Assembly: GCA_043820025.1 (NCBI GenBank)
Contig: JBDRED010000021.1
Location: forward strand, 14,902-78,901
Direction of reading: 5' to 3'
Source: Elusimicrobiota bacterium
Lineage (GTDB): Bacteria; RUG730; JBDRED01
DNA length: 64,000 nt
Shown here piece after piece: positions 19,769 through 29,007 of this stretch. Every line of letters starts with the position of its first letter. Position 1 is the first letter of the stretch. The translations under genes were made by a program, and so were the position numbers. The notes under the pieces are model-generated. The model made no database searches. It saw only the letters and a list, made by a program, of their open reading frames with translations, and was not told the origin of the DNA.

Positions 19769-20746
19769 CTAACACCCTAATTCTTTTTTATAGTTATTCA
19801 AGACCTCTACTACTTCTTCAACCTCAGTTGTAAAATAGCATTTTTTTCTAATATCAGCTGAGCCGGGCAGGCCTTTTGTAAGCCAGCCCACAAATTTTCT
19901 AGACTCTAAAAGGCCTTTCGCGCCGCCAAAATATTCTACTAAAGAATGCACGAAATATATAGCGTAATCTAATCTTTCCAAAGCGCTTTTCTCTGTATAA
20001 AAACCTTTTGTGTAAAAATCAATTATCTGCTCGAAAATCCAGGGGTTAGAATATGCGGCCCTGCCTATCATAATACCATCGCAGCCTGTTTCATTAAACA
20101 TTTTTTGAGCGTCATACACAGTAAACACATTGCCATTTCCAATTACCGGAATACTCAGTGAATTTTTTAATTTTCCAATAATTGACCAGTCAAAATGCGG
20201 CCCGAATCTTTGTGATTTAGTTCTTGCATGAATCGTAACCATTTTTGCGCCCTCACCCTCCGCAATTTTGCCAACTTCAACAGCGTTTATTGTTCTTTCG
20301 TCCCAGCCTGCCCTGATTTTTACAGTAACCGGCGCCTTCACTCTCTGCGCAACCTTATTAACTATTTTTTTTATAAGGCCGGGCTTTTGCATAAGCGCAG
20401 CGCCGCTTCCGCCGTTTACCACCTTTGAAGAGGGACATCCCATATTTAAGTCAATAATATCAGCGCCCATTTCCTCAGCTATTGCAGCGGCTTCTTGAAA
20501 CACCTCAGGATCATTGCCAAAAAGCTGAACGCTTACAGGCCGTTCATTATCGTGAATATCAATCATACTGCGCGTTTTTTCACTCTCATGCGCAAGCGCA
20601 TAACTTGAAATCATTTCAGTATACACAAGCGCAGAGCCAAACCGCTTAATCGCAAGCCTAAAAGGCTGAATAGATATTCCTGCCAGCGGCGCCAGCATTA
20701 AATTATTCTTTATTTGTATATTTCCAATTTTCATTGATTTTAACAT
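19769..20746 (-). CDS. dus: tRNA-dihydrouridine synthase
   Basis: LMLAPLAGISIQPFRLAIKRFGSALVYTEMISS...VQLFGNDPEVFQEAAAIAEEMGADIIDLNMGCP typical Dus. Confidence 0.85.
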   Translation of the reverse strand: MLKSMKIGNIQIKNNLMLAPLAGISIQPFRLAIKRFGSALVYTEMISSYALAHESEKTRSMIDIHDNERPVSVQLFGNDPEVFQEAAAIAEEMGADIIDLNMGCPSSKVVNGGSGAALMQKPGLIKKIVNKVAQRVKAPVTVKIRAGWDERTINAVEVGKIAEGEGAKMVTIHARTKSQRFGPHFDWSIIGKLKNSLSIPVIGNGNVFTVYDAQKMFNETGCDGIMIGRAAYSNPWIFEQIIDFYTKGFYTEKSALERLDYAIYFVHSLVEYFGGAKGLLESRKFVGWLTKGLPGSADIRKKCYFTTEVEEVVEVLNNYKKELGC

Positions 20747-20807
20747 TTTCAGCGCCTAAAAAAATACCATGACTAACTGTCATGGTAATATTAAATTGAT
20801 TATAAAA

Positions 20808-20880
20808 TGCCAGGACCCAGAATTGAACTGGGGACGCAGGGTTTTTCAGACCCTCGCTCTACCAACTGAGCTATCCCGGC
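20808..20880 (-). tRNA. tRNA-Phe (anticodon GAA), 73 nt, CCA not encoded
   Basis: Revcomp folds as GCCGGGA/TCCTGGC acceptor, GCTC/GAGC D-stem, AGGGT-CTGAAAA-ACCCT anticodon arm (GAA), CCCAG-TTCAATT-CTGGG T-arm, discriminator A. Confidence 0.9.
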
Positions 20881-20892
20881 ATTTATATTTTT

Positions 20893-21165
20893 CTACTTCT
20901 TTTCTTTATTATAGGCTTTTTTTCCTGCTTCAAGAACAGAGGTTAATTTCTCTTTTTCTTCGTTTACTATTTCTTTTCCGTCTTCATAAATCTTACGCGC
21001 TTTCATAGCAGTGTTTATTCCTTTTTCCTGCAGCTCATCAACAAGTTTTAAAACTGCGGAACGTGTTTCTTTCCCGGGCCTTGGAGCAAATAAAATTCCA
21101 AGAGTCGCGCCGATCATACCGCCTAAAATAAACGCAAGTAACGAACTTTCTGAATTTTCTGCCAT
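20893..21165 (-). CDS. YtxH-like small membrane protein
   Basis: 90 aa, N-terminal TM (LLAFILGGMIGATLGILFAP) then charged coiled region. Confidence 0.55.
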   Translation of the reverse strand: MAENSESSLLAFILGGMIGATLGILFAPRPGKETRSAVLKLVDELQEKGINTAMKARKIYEDGKEIVNEEKEKLTSVLEAGKKAYNKEKK

Positions 21166-21167
21166 AG

Positions 21168-21485
21168 TTATGCCTCCTTTGAGGTTTTTTTCTTTCTGAA
21201 TTTCTGGATCGCTCCAAAAACCTTTCCTAACGCGACAAGCACGCTTATTATCTTAATACTGCCTTGAGAAAGAAAATCCATTGCGCCTATAGATTTATCC
21301 GCAAGCGATGCGACATTATCAACGGTTGAACCAATTTTTTTTACATGTTCATTTGTTTCATGTAATAATATTTCTAATTCAGAGGAAGCCTTTGCAACTT
21401 TTATAAGAGCAATAATTAGATACACAACAGCCGCGCTGATCGCGCAAGTCACAACAATCAGACATACAATAAAGATAGTATTCAT
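21168..21485 (-). CDS. Small membrane protein (DUF948-like)
   Basis: 105 aa, N-terminal TM, helical remainder. Confidence 0.45.
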   Translation of the reverse strand: MNTIFIVCLIVVTCAISAAVVYLIIALIKVAKASSELEILLHETNEHVKKIGSTVDNVASLADKSIGAMDFLSQGSIKIISVLVALGKVFGAIQKFRKKKTSKEA

Positions 21486-21832
21486 TTGCCCCCCCTAGTT
21501 TTACTCCAGGATTCATAATACTTCTCATACCACTCTGACGCGGCTTTTTTTAATCCAATATCATGATGTAACTTTTCAGATTCTATCCATTTGTGCTTAT
21601 AAATATTCTCCATCACCTCTTGCGCTTCCGCTTCATCTAATGCAATACCAATAAGATCTTTTATCTTTTTGGAATACACATGCTTATCCGCAGAAACCAC
21701 AAGAAACTTGTAAACGTCATTTTTTGCTTCATAACCATCTCCAACTACATCCATTACAGCATAACCCAGTTTACGAAGCCCTTCAAGATCCACAGAAAAT
21801 TTGTCTTTATGCTTATTTTTATCCATTATCAT
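21482..21832 (-). CDS. Hypothetical protein
   Basis: 116 aa ORF, no recognisable motif. Confidence 0.4.
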   Translation of the reverse strand: MIMDKNKHKDKFSVDLEGLRKLGYAVMDVVGDGYEAKNDVYKFLVVSADKHVYSKKIKDLIGIALDEAEAQEVMENIYKHKWIESEKLHHDIGLKKAASEWYEKYYESWSKTRGGK

Positions 21833-22059
21833 CTCCCTAAAAAATGTAGCTAACGAGAAGAATCTTACAAAAGATAGTCATCTTTGTCAATATTATAGAT
21901 CAAATTGTCAACGCAAAATAAAAATGTCCTGTTTTGTGCAAAATAATAATGTCCTATTTCGCTATTGAATTTATAATAGCTTTATAGTCTCTAATTTCTT
22001 CTTCTTTTTTTATCTTATTATTCATTTTATTTCCCAAATCATTAGTTTATGAAATTAAT

Positions 22060-22740
22060 TTAAATTTCATCCAAAGAAACACAGTCTAAATTTGATTTAA
22101 AGTAATTAACCGCAAGTTTTCCCGTACAATGCAAAGGCGTAAAATATTTAACATTCATTTTTTTTAGTTTATCTATAACATTTAATATTTCTTGCGCCTG
22201 CGAACCTTTAAGATGGAATCCGCCAATAACGGCATATATATCGCCGGCAAATTGTTGTTTTGCTTTTTCTATTATTTCCACTATACCGGGATGCGCGCAG
22301 CCAGTGATTAAAATTAATCCTTTTTCAGATTTAATACAAAGAGACTGTTCGTATAATATCCCGTCTTTTGACAATTCGCCTAGAGTAAATATGTTTCTTA
22401 TTATACAGCGCGCTGTGTCTATTTCTTGAAGTATTACGCCATAAGATTTTATTTTTTCTTTTATAGCATTATCAGTATCCAGACATACATAAACTGTAAC
22501 ATTTTTATTAAAAGCCAATATATCCCATAAACCGGACATATGATCCCAATGATCATGCGATATAATGATGTGTTTTATCCGCGAAATATCAACGTTCAGT
22601 TTTTTGATATTTTTCAAAAAAACCCGCGGTTTGCCGAATGTATCAAACAACACATCATCGTCTATTAAAAAGGCTAATCCCCAATTTTTTACAAACCTGT
22701 CCCATTTCGTAGACCCGCATGCTATAAGTTTTATGTTCAC
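22060..22740 (-). CDS. MBL-fold metallo-hydrolase
   Basis: IISHDHWDHMSG matches HxHxDH; later GCAHPG and PLHCTG. Confidence 0.7.
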   Translation of the reverse strand: MNIKLIACGSTKWDRFVKNWGLAFLIDDDVLFDTFGKPRVFLKNIKKLNVDISRIKHIIISHDHWDHMSGLWDILAFNKNVTVYVCLDTDNAIKEKIKSYGVILQEIDTARCIIRNIFTLGELSKDGILYEQSLCIKSEKGLILITGCAHPGIVEIIEKAKQQFAGDIYAVIGGFHLKGSQAQEILNVIDKLKKMNVKYFTPLHCTGKLAVNYFKSNLDCVSLDEI

Positions 22741-22790
22741 GTCAACTCCAAAAATTAGTTTTAAGCTCTATTCTATTTAAGTAAGTTTTA

Positions 22791-23627
22791 TTAACTTAAC
22801 GCTTGAACCTTTGCGCTTATAATTCTATTTACTATTTCCAAAAACGCTTTTTTTGACTCTGTATGTTTTTCAAATAACACAAACGGTTTTCCTGTATCGC
22901 CTGAATGAACAATTTCTATCTCAAAAGGTATTTTTCCAAGGAAAGGCACGTGCAAATCATGCGCAGCCTTTTCTCCGCCGCCTTCTTTGAAAATAGCTGT
23001 TTTTTCTCCGCAATGCGGACATACAAACCCGCTCATATTTTCAATCACTCCTGCAACCGGTATGCCCAGTTTTTTCGCAAACAATACGCTTTTTCGTGAA
23101 TCAAGTATTGCAACATCCTGAGGAGTAGTCACAATAACAACTCCTGCAGCATTTGGTATGAGCTGGCATACGCTCAATGTCTCATCGCCGGTACCCGGAG
23201 GACAATCGATAATCAAATAATCCAATTCTCCCCAATTAACCTCTGTCAAAAATTGTTTTATAACATTTCCTTTAATCGGCCCTCTCCAAATAATAGGATC
23301 ATCGGGATGCACGCCCATTAAGGCTAAGCTCATTGCTTTTAAATGCGGGGTAACCTCAATAGTATCTATTCCAAACTCAGATTGAACGACGCAATCTTTT
23401 TCAATACCGAGCATTTTTGCAATATTCGGTCCATGTATATCAACATCCAAGATACCAACTTTATTATTTTGAAGAGAAAGCGCGTATGCAAGATTAACAG
23501 CAACAGATGTTTTTCCAACTCCGCCTTTTCCGCTCATAACAATAAAGACATTCTTTATTTTTGACATTTTAAATTTCAATAGCATTTCTTTATCTTGTGT
23601 TTGATCTTGACTGCAACCTGTATTCAT
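22791..23627 (-). CDS. Mrp/NBP35/ApbC-family Fe-S cluster carrier ATPase
   Basis: VMSGKGGVGKTSVAVNLAYAL deviant Walker A; C-terminal CPHCGEKTAIF. Confidence 0.85.
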   Translation of the reverse strand: MNTGCSQDQTQDKEMLLKFKMSKIKNVFIVMSGKGGVGKTSVAVNLAYALSLQNNKVGILDVDIHGPNIAKMLGIEKDCVVQSEFGIDTIEVTPHLKAMSLALMGVHPDDPIIWRGPIKGNVIKQFLTEVNWGELDYLIIDCPPGTGDETLSVCQLIPNAAGVVIVTTPQDVAILDSRKSVLFAKKLGIPVAGVIENMSGFVCPHCGEKTAIFKEGGGEKAAHDLHVPFLGKIPFEIEIVHSGDTGKPFVLFEKHTESKKAFLEIVNRIISAKVQALS

Positions 23628-23717
23628 AAAATTCTCCTTGTTAAGATTTTAAAAGATAATCCGCAATCTCTCTATTAAATGTATTCACGGAAAACATAGA
23701 ACAATGCAGATGATTTT

Positions 23718-24578
23718 CTAGCAGATTTTACAAATAATTTTATCCCAAATATTTCTTATTTCCTGCGAAACCTTCCCGTCTGTATATTCTACAAGAGGCA
23801 TACACACCACAATTGATTTACTTACAACGCTGTCAAATGATATTAGTCCTAAAATTTCTATGTTATTTTCAGCGCATAATGATTTGACTTTCTCGCAATT
23901 CTCCAAATTCAAATCAAATTTGTTTATAACGACCTTTGTAGTAATTTTGAAATGTTTTGCGAGTTCCATTACCCTTTGCATATCGTGAATACCCGAAACA
24001 GTCGGTTCAGTGATAATCACAGCCAAATCGATTCCCGCAAGCGATGCCATAACCGGACAGCCAATACCCGGAGGCCCGTCAATAATCACATAATCCGCTT
24101 TTTTTGCTTCTGCCAATTTTTTTGCTTCGTCACGAATTTTTGCAACGAGCTTGCCCGAATTTTCCTCTGCAATCCCAAGTTTTGCATGCACAAAATCTCC
24201 ATACTTGGTTTCTGAAATAAACCATTCGCCCGATATATTATCGCTCATTTTTATTGCGTCAACCGGACATATAATGGAGCAAAAACCACAGCCTTCACAG
24301 GAAATAGGGTCTAAATTAAAATTATCGTCAAACGCCTCAAATCTGCAGACAGTCTTGCATTGTCCGCATTTAATACATAAACTCTCATCAATAACCGCTG
24401 ATTTACCGCCAACAAACTTATTTCGCTCTAGAATTTTTGGTTTCAGTAAAATATATAAGTCTGCGGCGTCTACATCGCAGTCAACCATAATCTTATTCTT
24501 TGCCAATACAGCAAAGGAAGCAGTAAGAACTGTCTTACCTGTTCCTCCTTTTCCGCTAATAACCAATATTTGTTTCAT
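23718..24578 (-). CDS. MinD/ParA-superfamily P-loop ATPase with inserted 2x[4Fe-4S] ferredoxin domain (COG1149-type)
   Basis: ISGKGGTGKT P-loop; CIKCGQCKTVCRFEA and CEGCGFCSIICPVDAI ferredoxin motifs. Confidence 0.8.
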   Translation of the reverse strand: MKQILVISGKGGTGKTVLTASFAVLAKNKIMVDCDVDAADLYILLKPKILERNKFVGGKSAVIDESLCIKCGQCKTVCRFEAFDDNFNLDPISCEGCGFCSIICPVDAIKMSDNISGEWFISETKYGDFVHAKLGIAEENSGKLVAKIRDEAKKLAEAKKADYVIIDGPPGIGCPVMASLAGIDLAVIITEPTVSGIHDMQRVMELAKHFKITTKVVINKFDLNLENCEKVKSLCAENNIEILGLISFDSVVSKSIVVCMPLVEYTDGKVSQEIRNIWDKIICKIC

Positions 24579-24618
24579 TAGATCTTACCTCTGCCGCATA
24601 CAAAAACGTCTACCTTTG

Positions 24619-25485
24619 TCATACAAACCTCCTGGAAATTTCATTAAATAATTCTTGGAAATCTTTTTTATATTCCGGCAATGCCTGAAGAATAGAAATA
24701 CCTTTTGAATATGCATAAGCTATTTTTTTATCAAATGGAATTTTCATTAGAACATCAATATTTTCATTTTTACAATATTTTTCTGTTTTCATATCGCCTA
24801 TATCTGACCGATTTATCACTACGCCAAATGGTATTTTTAATTTTCTTATAACTTCTACAGCCAGCATTAAATCATTAAGGCCAAACGGCGTAGGCTCTGT
24901 GACTAAAACGCAAAAGCCGCTTTCTTTAACTGCCGCAATAACAGGGCATGAAGTCCCGGGAGGCGCGTCTATAATCACTGTCCGGCGAGGATTAATAAAT
25001 CTCTTAACCTGCTTTATAAGCGCCGGAGACATTATCTCGCCAATTGACAATCTTCCTGATACAAACTTTATTCCATCCCTATTGCCAATTTCTATGCTCC
25101 CGATTTTTTTCCCAATTTCTTTTATAGCTTTTTTGGGGCAAATATACGCGCATGCGCCACAGCTATGACAAAGATGCGGAAAGGTTAATACATTGCCTTT
25201 TTTATCATTATTTCCCGGTATAACAGCTATCGCATTGTATGCGCATACTGTTCTGCATTTGCCGCAATAATTACATAATGTTTCATCAATATACGGCGCA
25301 AGAACTACCGCATCAATCTTCTCGTCAATTATAGGCTTTAAAAATAAATGCGCATTTGGTTCTTCAACATCACAATCAAGAAACCAGGCGTTATTTAAAG
25401 CTAATGCGAGATTTACAGCTATTGTTGTTTTACCTGTTCCGCCTTTCCCGCTTGCGATTGATATAATACGGTTATTTATGTCCAT
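24619..25485 (-). CDS. Second MinD-type ATPase with ferredoxin insert (paralogue)
   Basis: ASGKGGTGKT; CNYCGKCRTVCAYNAI and CHSCGACAYICPKKAI. Confidence 0.8.
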   Translation of the reverse strand: MDINNRIISIASGKGGTGKTTIAVNLALALNNAWFLDCDVEEPNAHLFLKPIIDEKIDAVVLAPYIDETLCNYCGKCRTVCAYNAIAVIPGNNDKKGNVLTFPHLCHSCGACAYICPKKAIKEIGKKIGSIEIGNRDGIKFVSGRLSIGEIMSPALIKQVKRFINPRRTVIIDAPPGTSCPVIAAVKESGFCVLVTEPTPFGLNDLMLAVEVIRKLKIPFGVVINRSDIGDMKTEKYCKNENIDVLMKIPFDKKIAYAYSKGISILQALPEYKKDFQELFNEISRRFV

Positions 25486-25517
25486 GCTATTAACACTTCC
25501 TGTTTATCGTCATATCC

Positions 25518-25850
25518 TTAATTCATTTTTTCAAGTTTGCCTGTTTTGTACTGTTCAATTACATTTTTTATACCGCCGCCATTTGATAAATATATTTCTA
25601 TGCCGGCTGTCTTGAGAGTATTATATGCATTCTGTCCAACCTTACCTGTTAGTACGGCCTTTACGCCGCTTGAAATAACCGACTGAGCAGATTGTATTCC
25701 GGCTCCGCCTGTAAGATTTACATTAGTATTTTCTACTGCCTTAAATTCGTTTGTATCAGTATCAAAAATTATAAAATACGCGCACCGTCCAAATCTCATA
25801 TCAAGATTTGATTCTAATGTTTTCCCTTCGGATGTAATACATATCTTCAT
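25518..25850 (-). CDS. NifX/NafY/NifB-C-terminal-like (dinitrogenase FeMo-cofactor-binding family) small protein
   Basis: 110 aa; RFGRCAYFIIFDTDT...GGAGIQSAQSVISSGVKAVLTGKVGQNA pattern of Nitro_FeMo-Co family. Confidence 0.7.
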   Translation of the reverse strand: MKICITSEGKTLESNLDMRFGRCAYFIIFDTDTNEFKAVENTNVNLTGGAGIQSAQSVISSGVKAVLTGKVGQNAYNTLKTAGIEIYLSNGGGIKNVIEQYKTGKLEKMN

Positions 25851-25865
25851 TATGATTCTCCTTTT

Positions 25866-26228
25866 TTATTGGCATTCGCCATGTTCTTTACATCCTTCTA
25901 TGCCTTTAAGGCTGTTTTTTAGAAGTAATTCAATGCCGTCTTTTGCAGAGCCGCTATATCCAAATATTTCTATGTTTGCCATTGCAAATTTTTGCTGCGC
26001 GCCCATGCCCATACCGCCTGCAATAACATGCGTTATGTTATGTTTTAATATCTCATCAACCGCGACACATCCTCCGCCTCCATGCGCGGCAGTATTTGGA
26101 ACAACCTTATTATTTTTTATTTTGCCGTCTTCAATATCTACAATTAAAAAATATTTACACTGTCCAAAATGCTGAGATACTTCGCTCAACAATCCTTGTT
26201 CATCGTCCAACGTTATTCCTATTCTCAT
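25866..26228 (-). CDS. Second NifX/NafY-like cofactor-binding protein
   Basis: 120 aa; HFGQCKYFLIVDIEDG...GGGGCVAVDEILKHNITHVIAGGMGMGA. Confidence 0.7.
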   Translation of the reverse strand: MRIGITLDDEQGLLSEVSQHFGQCKYFLIVDIEDGKIKNNKVVPNTAAHGGGGCVAVDEILKHNITHVIAGGMGMGAQQKFAMANIEIFGYSGSAKDGIELLLKNSLKGIEGCKEHGECQ

Positions 26229-26231
26229 AAA

Positions 26232-26519
26232 TTAGCTCTCCTTTTTTTTTAAAGAATTTATAGTTTGGTTGAGATTATCTAATTCTTGTTTTAGATATTC
26301 AGCGCGCGCAGTTAACGAATCTATATTATTATTTTGTTCGTTGTAACTTCGATTTCTAAAACTTCTATTCAATCCTCTGCCACAGCCTCTTCCAAAACAA
26401 AACAATTTTTCGGTAAAAGACTGCTTATTCTTTTCATCAACAATGCTCACGCAATTCCCCATTCCTTTTCCTGTCATTCGGCCTAATCCATTTGGGCCCG
26501 TTCCATCTAATCTCGGCAT
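26232..26519 (-). CDS. DUF5320-like protein (MPRxDGTGPxG N-terminus, coiled-coil C-terminus)
   Basis: MPRLDGTGPNGLGRMTGKGMGNC... then heptad-like tail; AGGAGG RBS. Confidence 0.6.
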   Translation of the reverse strand: MPRLDGTGPNGLGRMTGKGMGNCVSIVDEKNKQSFTEKLFCFGRGCGRGLNRSFRNRSYNEQNNNIDSLTARAEYLKQELDNLNQTINSLKKKES

Positions 26520-26543
26520 AATTTATACCTCCTTTTATAATAA

Positions 26544-26558
26544 TGGAAACCATTTTCA
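26544..26558. promoter_or_regulatory. Palindromic operator candidate TGGAAAccaTTTTCA (6-3-6, one mismatch) upstream of the DUF5320 gene
   Basis: Read in sequence; ~25 nt upstream of start, immediately 5' of RBS; near-identical to site at 27053..27067. Confidence 0.5.
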
Positions 26559-26578
26559 GTTTATAGGCAAAAAATATA

Positions 26579-27037
26579 TTACCTATTCCTGCATTCTGAA
26601 CAAACTCCGGAAAACTGTATCAAATGATTTTTAATTTCAAACTTATATTTCTTAGATAATCCTTTTTCTGTTTTTGTCAATAGTTCTACTTCTTCGTCGA
26701 TAAAATCCTTATAATCAATAATCCGTTTGCATTCTGTGCAGACTAAATGATGATGGTGATTTTTTCCATCTGCTGCATCAACTATTTCATACCGCGCTCT
26801 TCCATCCCCAAAATCAAATTTTTGCAGCATACCCATATTAGCCAATACATCTAATGTTCTATATACTGTTGTTAATCCTATAGATGAATATTTTTTATGT
26901 ACTTTTAAATATATTTCTTCAGCGCTTAAATGACCTTTGGTATTAGTCAGAACATCTAAGATTGCTTCTCTTCCTATAGTTATTCTATAACCGCATCCTC
27001 GAAATTTGCCGTGCCATTCATCTTTTCTACAAGACAT
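26579..27037 (-). CDS. Fur-family metal-responsive transcriptional regulator (Fur/Zur/PerR class) with Cys-rich N-terminal extension
   Basis: HLSAEEIYLKV...GLTTVYRTLDVL winged helix; HHHHLVCTECKRI and CSECRN metal-site motifs. Confidence 0.8.
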   Translation of the reverse strand: MSCRKDEWHGKFRGCGYRITIGREAILDVLTNTKGHLSAEEIYLKVHKKYSSIGLTTVYRTLDVLANMGMLQKFDFGDGRARYEIVDAADGKNHHHHLVCTECKRIIDYKDFIDEEVELLTKTEKGLSKKYKFEIKNHLIQFSGVCSECRNR

Positions 27038-27052
27038 TTTATATCTCCTTAA

Positions 27053-27067
27053 TGAAAACCATTTTCA
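27053..27067. promoter_or_regulatory. Perfect palindrome TGAAAAccaTTTTCA, 16 nt upstream of the Fur-family gene start (autoregulatory operator candidate)
   Basis: Read in sequence; sits just 5' of AAGGAG RBS. Confidence 0.5.
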
Positions 27068-27169
27068 ATAAGATACATTAATAAACTTTTTATGTCAATA
27101 GTAATATTGTAGATACTCTTTGGAAGTTTTAAAGGTTTAATGAGTAATTATAGATTGCGCCATATGCAC

Positions 27170-28138
27170 TTACTCTGAAATTATTTTTAATATGCTTTGA
27201 AAATCTTCCGGTATTTCAGCCTCAAAATACATTCGTTCATTAGTCAACGGATGAGTAAAGCCTAATTTATACGAATGAAGCATAGGCCTTTTTATGTTAC
27301 CCTTAAACATCTTTGGGTTTACTCCATAAACCGGATCTCCGAGAATAGGAAGGCCTATATACTTAAGGTGAACTCGTATTTGATGCGTCCTGCCGGTCTT
27401 AATTGTCACCTCTAACAAATTTATATCATCTTTAAAACTTTTTACTACCTTGTATTTAGTTATTGCAGGCTTAGCTGATGTGTCAGCTGTAACTGTCATT
27501 TTTTTTCTATTCTGCGCATGGCGTCCGATAGACGCATCAATTATTCCTTCGGTAGATTTTAATTTGCCCTTCACAATCGCTAAATATATTTTCTCAATAG
27601 TCCTGTTATTAAACTGCCTTGCCAGGCCGCTAAGCGCCTTTTCAGTCTTAGCCACAATCATAATCCCGGACGTATCCTTGTCTAATCTATGCACAAGCCC
27701 GGGCCTTATCCATGCCATTGGATCGCGATTGTCCTTTGACGCAGGCAGATCCTTAAAATGATAAACAAGAGCATTAACCAATGTGCCGCCGGTATTGCCG
27801 CACGCAGGATGAACAACCATTCCCGCAGGTTTATTTAATACCACTATCTCATCATCTTCAAAGATAATATTTAGAGGAATATTCTGCGGAATAATTTCTG
27901 TAAACTGCGTATTTTCAATAAGCGATATTTCAATTTCATCGCCATCTCTTAGATGATAACCGGCATTTGATCCTTTTTTATTTACTAAGACATGTGAATC
28001 TTTAATAAGATTTTTAAAATATGTCCGCGAATATTGCGGATAATTTTTTGAGAGAAAAGCGTCTAAACGCCTGCCTTTAAATTCCATTGAAATAATTATT
28101 TTTTCATGTTTCATATTATTACTCATCGCCCAAAGCAT
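27170..28138 (-). CDS. rluD: RluA-family 23S rRNA pseudouridine synthase (RluD-like)
   Basis: S4 domain (RLDAFLSKNYPQYSRTYFKNLIKDSHVLVN) and catalytic HRLDKDTSGIMIVAKT; start codon choice uncertain (overlaps lgt). Confidence 0.85.
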   Translation of the reverse strand: MLWAMSNNMKHEKIIISMEFKGRRLDAFLSKNYPQYSRTYFKNLIKDSHVLVNKKGSNAGYHLRDGDEIEISLIENTQFTEIIPQNIPLNIIFEDDEIVVLNKPAGMVVHPACGNTGGTLVNALVYHFKDLPASKDNRDPMAWIRPGLVHRLDKDTSGIMIVAKTEKALSGLARQFNNRTIEKIYLAIVKGKLKSTEGIIDASIGRHAQNRKKMTVTADTSAKPAITKYKVVKSFKDDINLLEVTIKTGRTHQIRVHLKYIGLPILGDPVYGVNPKMFKGNIKRPMLHSYKLGFTHPLTNERMYFEAEIPEDFQSILKIISE

Positions 28139-28883
28139 AGTTATATATTATTACGGCAACCGCTGTTACAAATAATAAAATGCCTATTCCCTGGGTCATA
28201 CTTAAAACCCCGAGCATACCGCGGTCATCGCCGCGCAAAAATTCTAAAAAGAATCTAAACACCGAGTACATGATAACATAAACGCACAACAGGTACCCGT
28301 TAAATTTATTATGCTTACGCAATTTCCACAACATTAAGAAAATTATTATATCGCCCGCTGACTCAAAAATCTGTACCGGATAAAGCGATACGCCTATGGG
28401 AGCCAAGCTGCGCGGGTCTTTAAACGTAACTCCGCATATACCATGCGTTTCATGCCCATAACAGCATCCTGCAAAAAAACAGCCGATTCTACCAATGGCC
28501 TGGCCAATTATTATTCCGGGCGCAATAGCGTCGCCATAAGCAAATATGCTCTTCACTTTTCTCTGTCGTAAAAATATTACAGAGGCTAAAACAGCTATTA
28601 TAAGCCCGCCGTAAAAAACTAAGCCGCCCTCCCATATTTTAAATACTGCGGTAATATCGCCGGAATAATATTTAATATTCAGCAAAACATAAAATAATCT
28701 TCCGCCAAACACAGCAGATAAAATAATTATCCAAAACAGATCATTAATATTTTTTTCTAAAAGATTTTTTCGCTTTATCTCATTTAGAACAATATACCAC
28801 GCTGCTAAAAACCCAAGCGCAACAAAAAACCCGTAGCTAAAAACCGGTATACCGAATATTTTAAATAAAACCGGATGCATCAT
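28119..28883 (-). CDS. lgt: Prolipoprotein diacylglyceryl transferase
   Basis: Multi-TM; GGRLFYVL and CYGHETHG region typical of Lgt. Confidence 0.85.
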   Translation of the reverse strand: MMHPVLFKIFGIPVFSYGFFVALGFLAAWYIVLNEIKRKNLLEKNINDLFWIIILSAVFGGRLFYVLLNIKYYSGDITAVFKIWEGGLVFYGGLIIAVLASVIFLRQRKVKSIFAYGDAIAPGIIIGQAIGRIGCFFAGCCYGHETHGICGVTFKDPRSLAPIGVSLYPVQIFESAGDIIIFLMLWKLRKHNKFNGYLLCVYVIMYSVFRFFLEFLRGDDRGMLGVLSMTQGIGILLFVTAVAVIIYNYALGDE

Positions 28884-29007
28884 TACTCCTTTCTCTCAGC
28901 GCAAGCTGAGCGCTTTGCGGCTCTAAAATTATTATTTGATTCGTTCCGAACGCGCATAATACCAGAAACTTAATACTGCGGCTATTGTTATGCATGAATC
29001 AGCTGTA

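Noticed and set aside
20805-20808. Encoded 3' CCA on tRNA-Phe
   Set aside because: Sequence after the discriminator base is TTT on the tRNA strand, so CCA must be added post-transcriptionally (a cca gene is present at 56561..58021).
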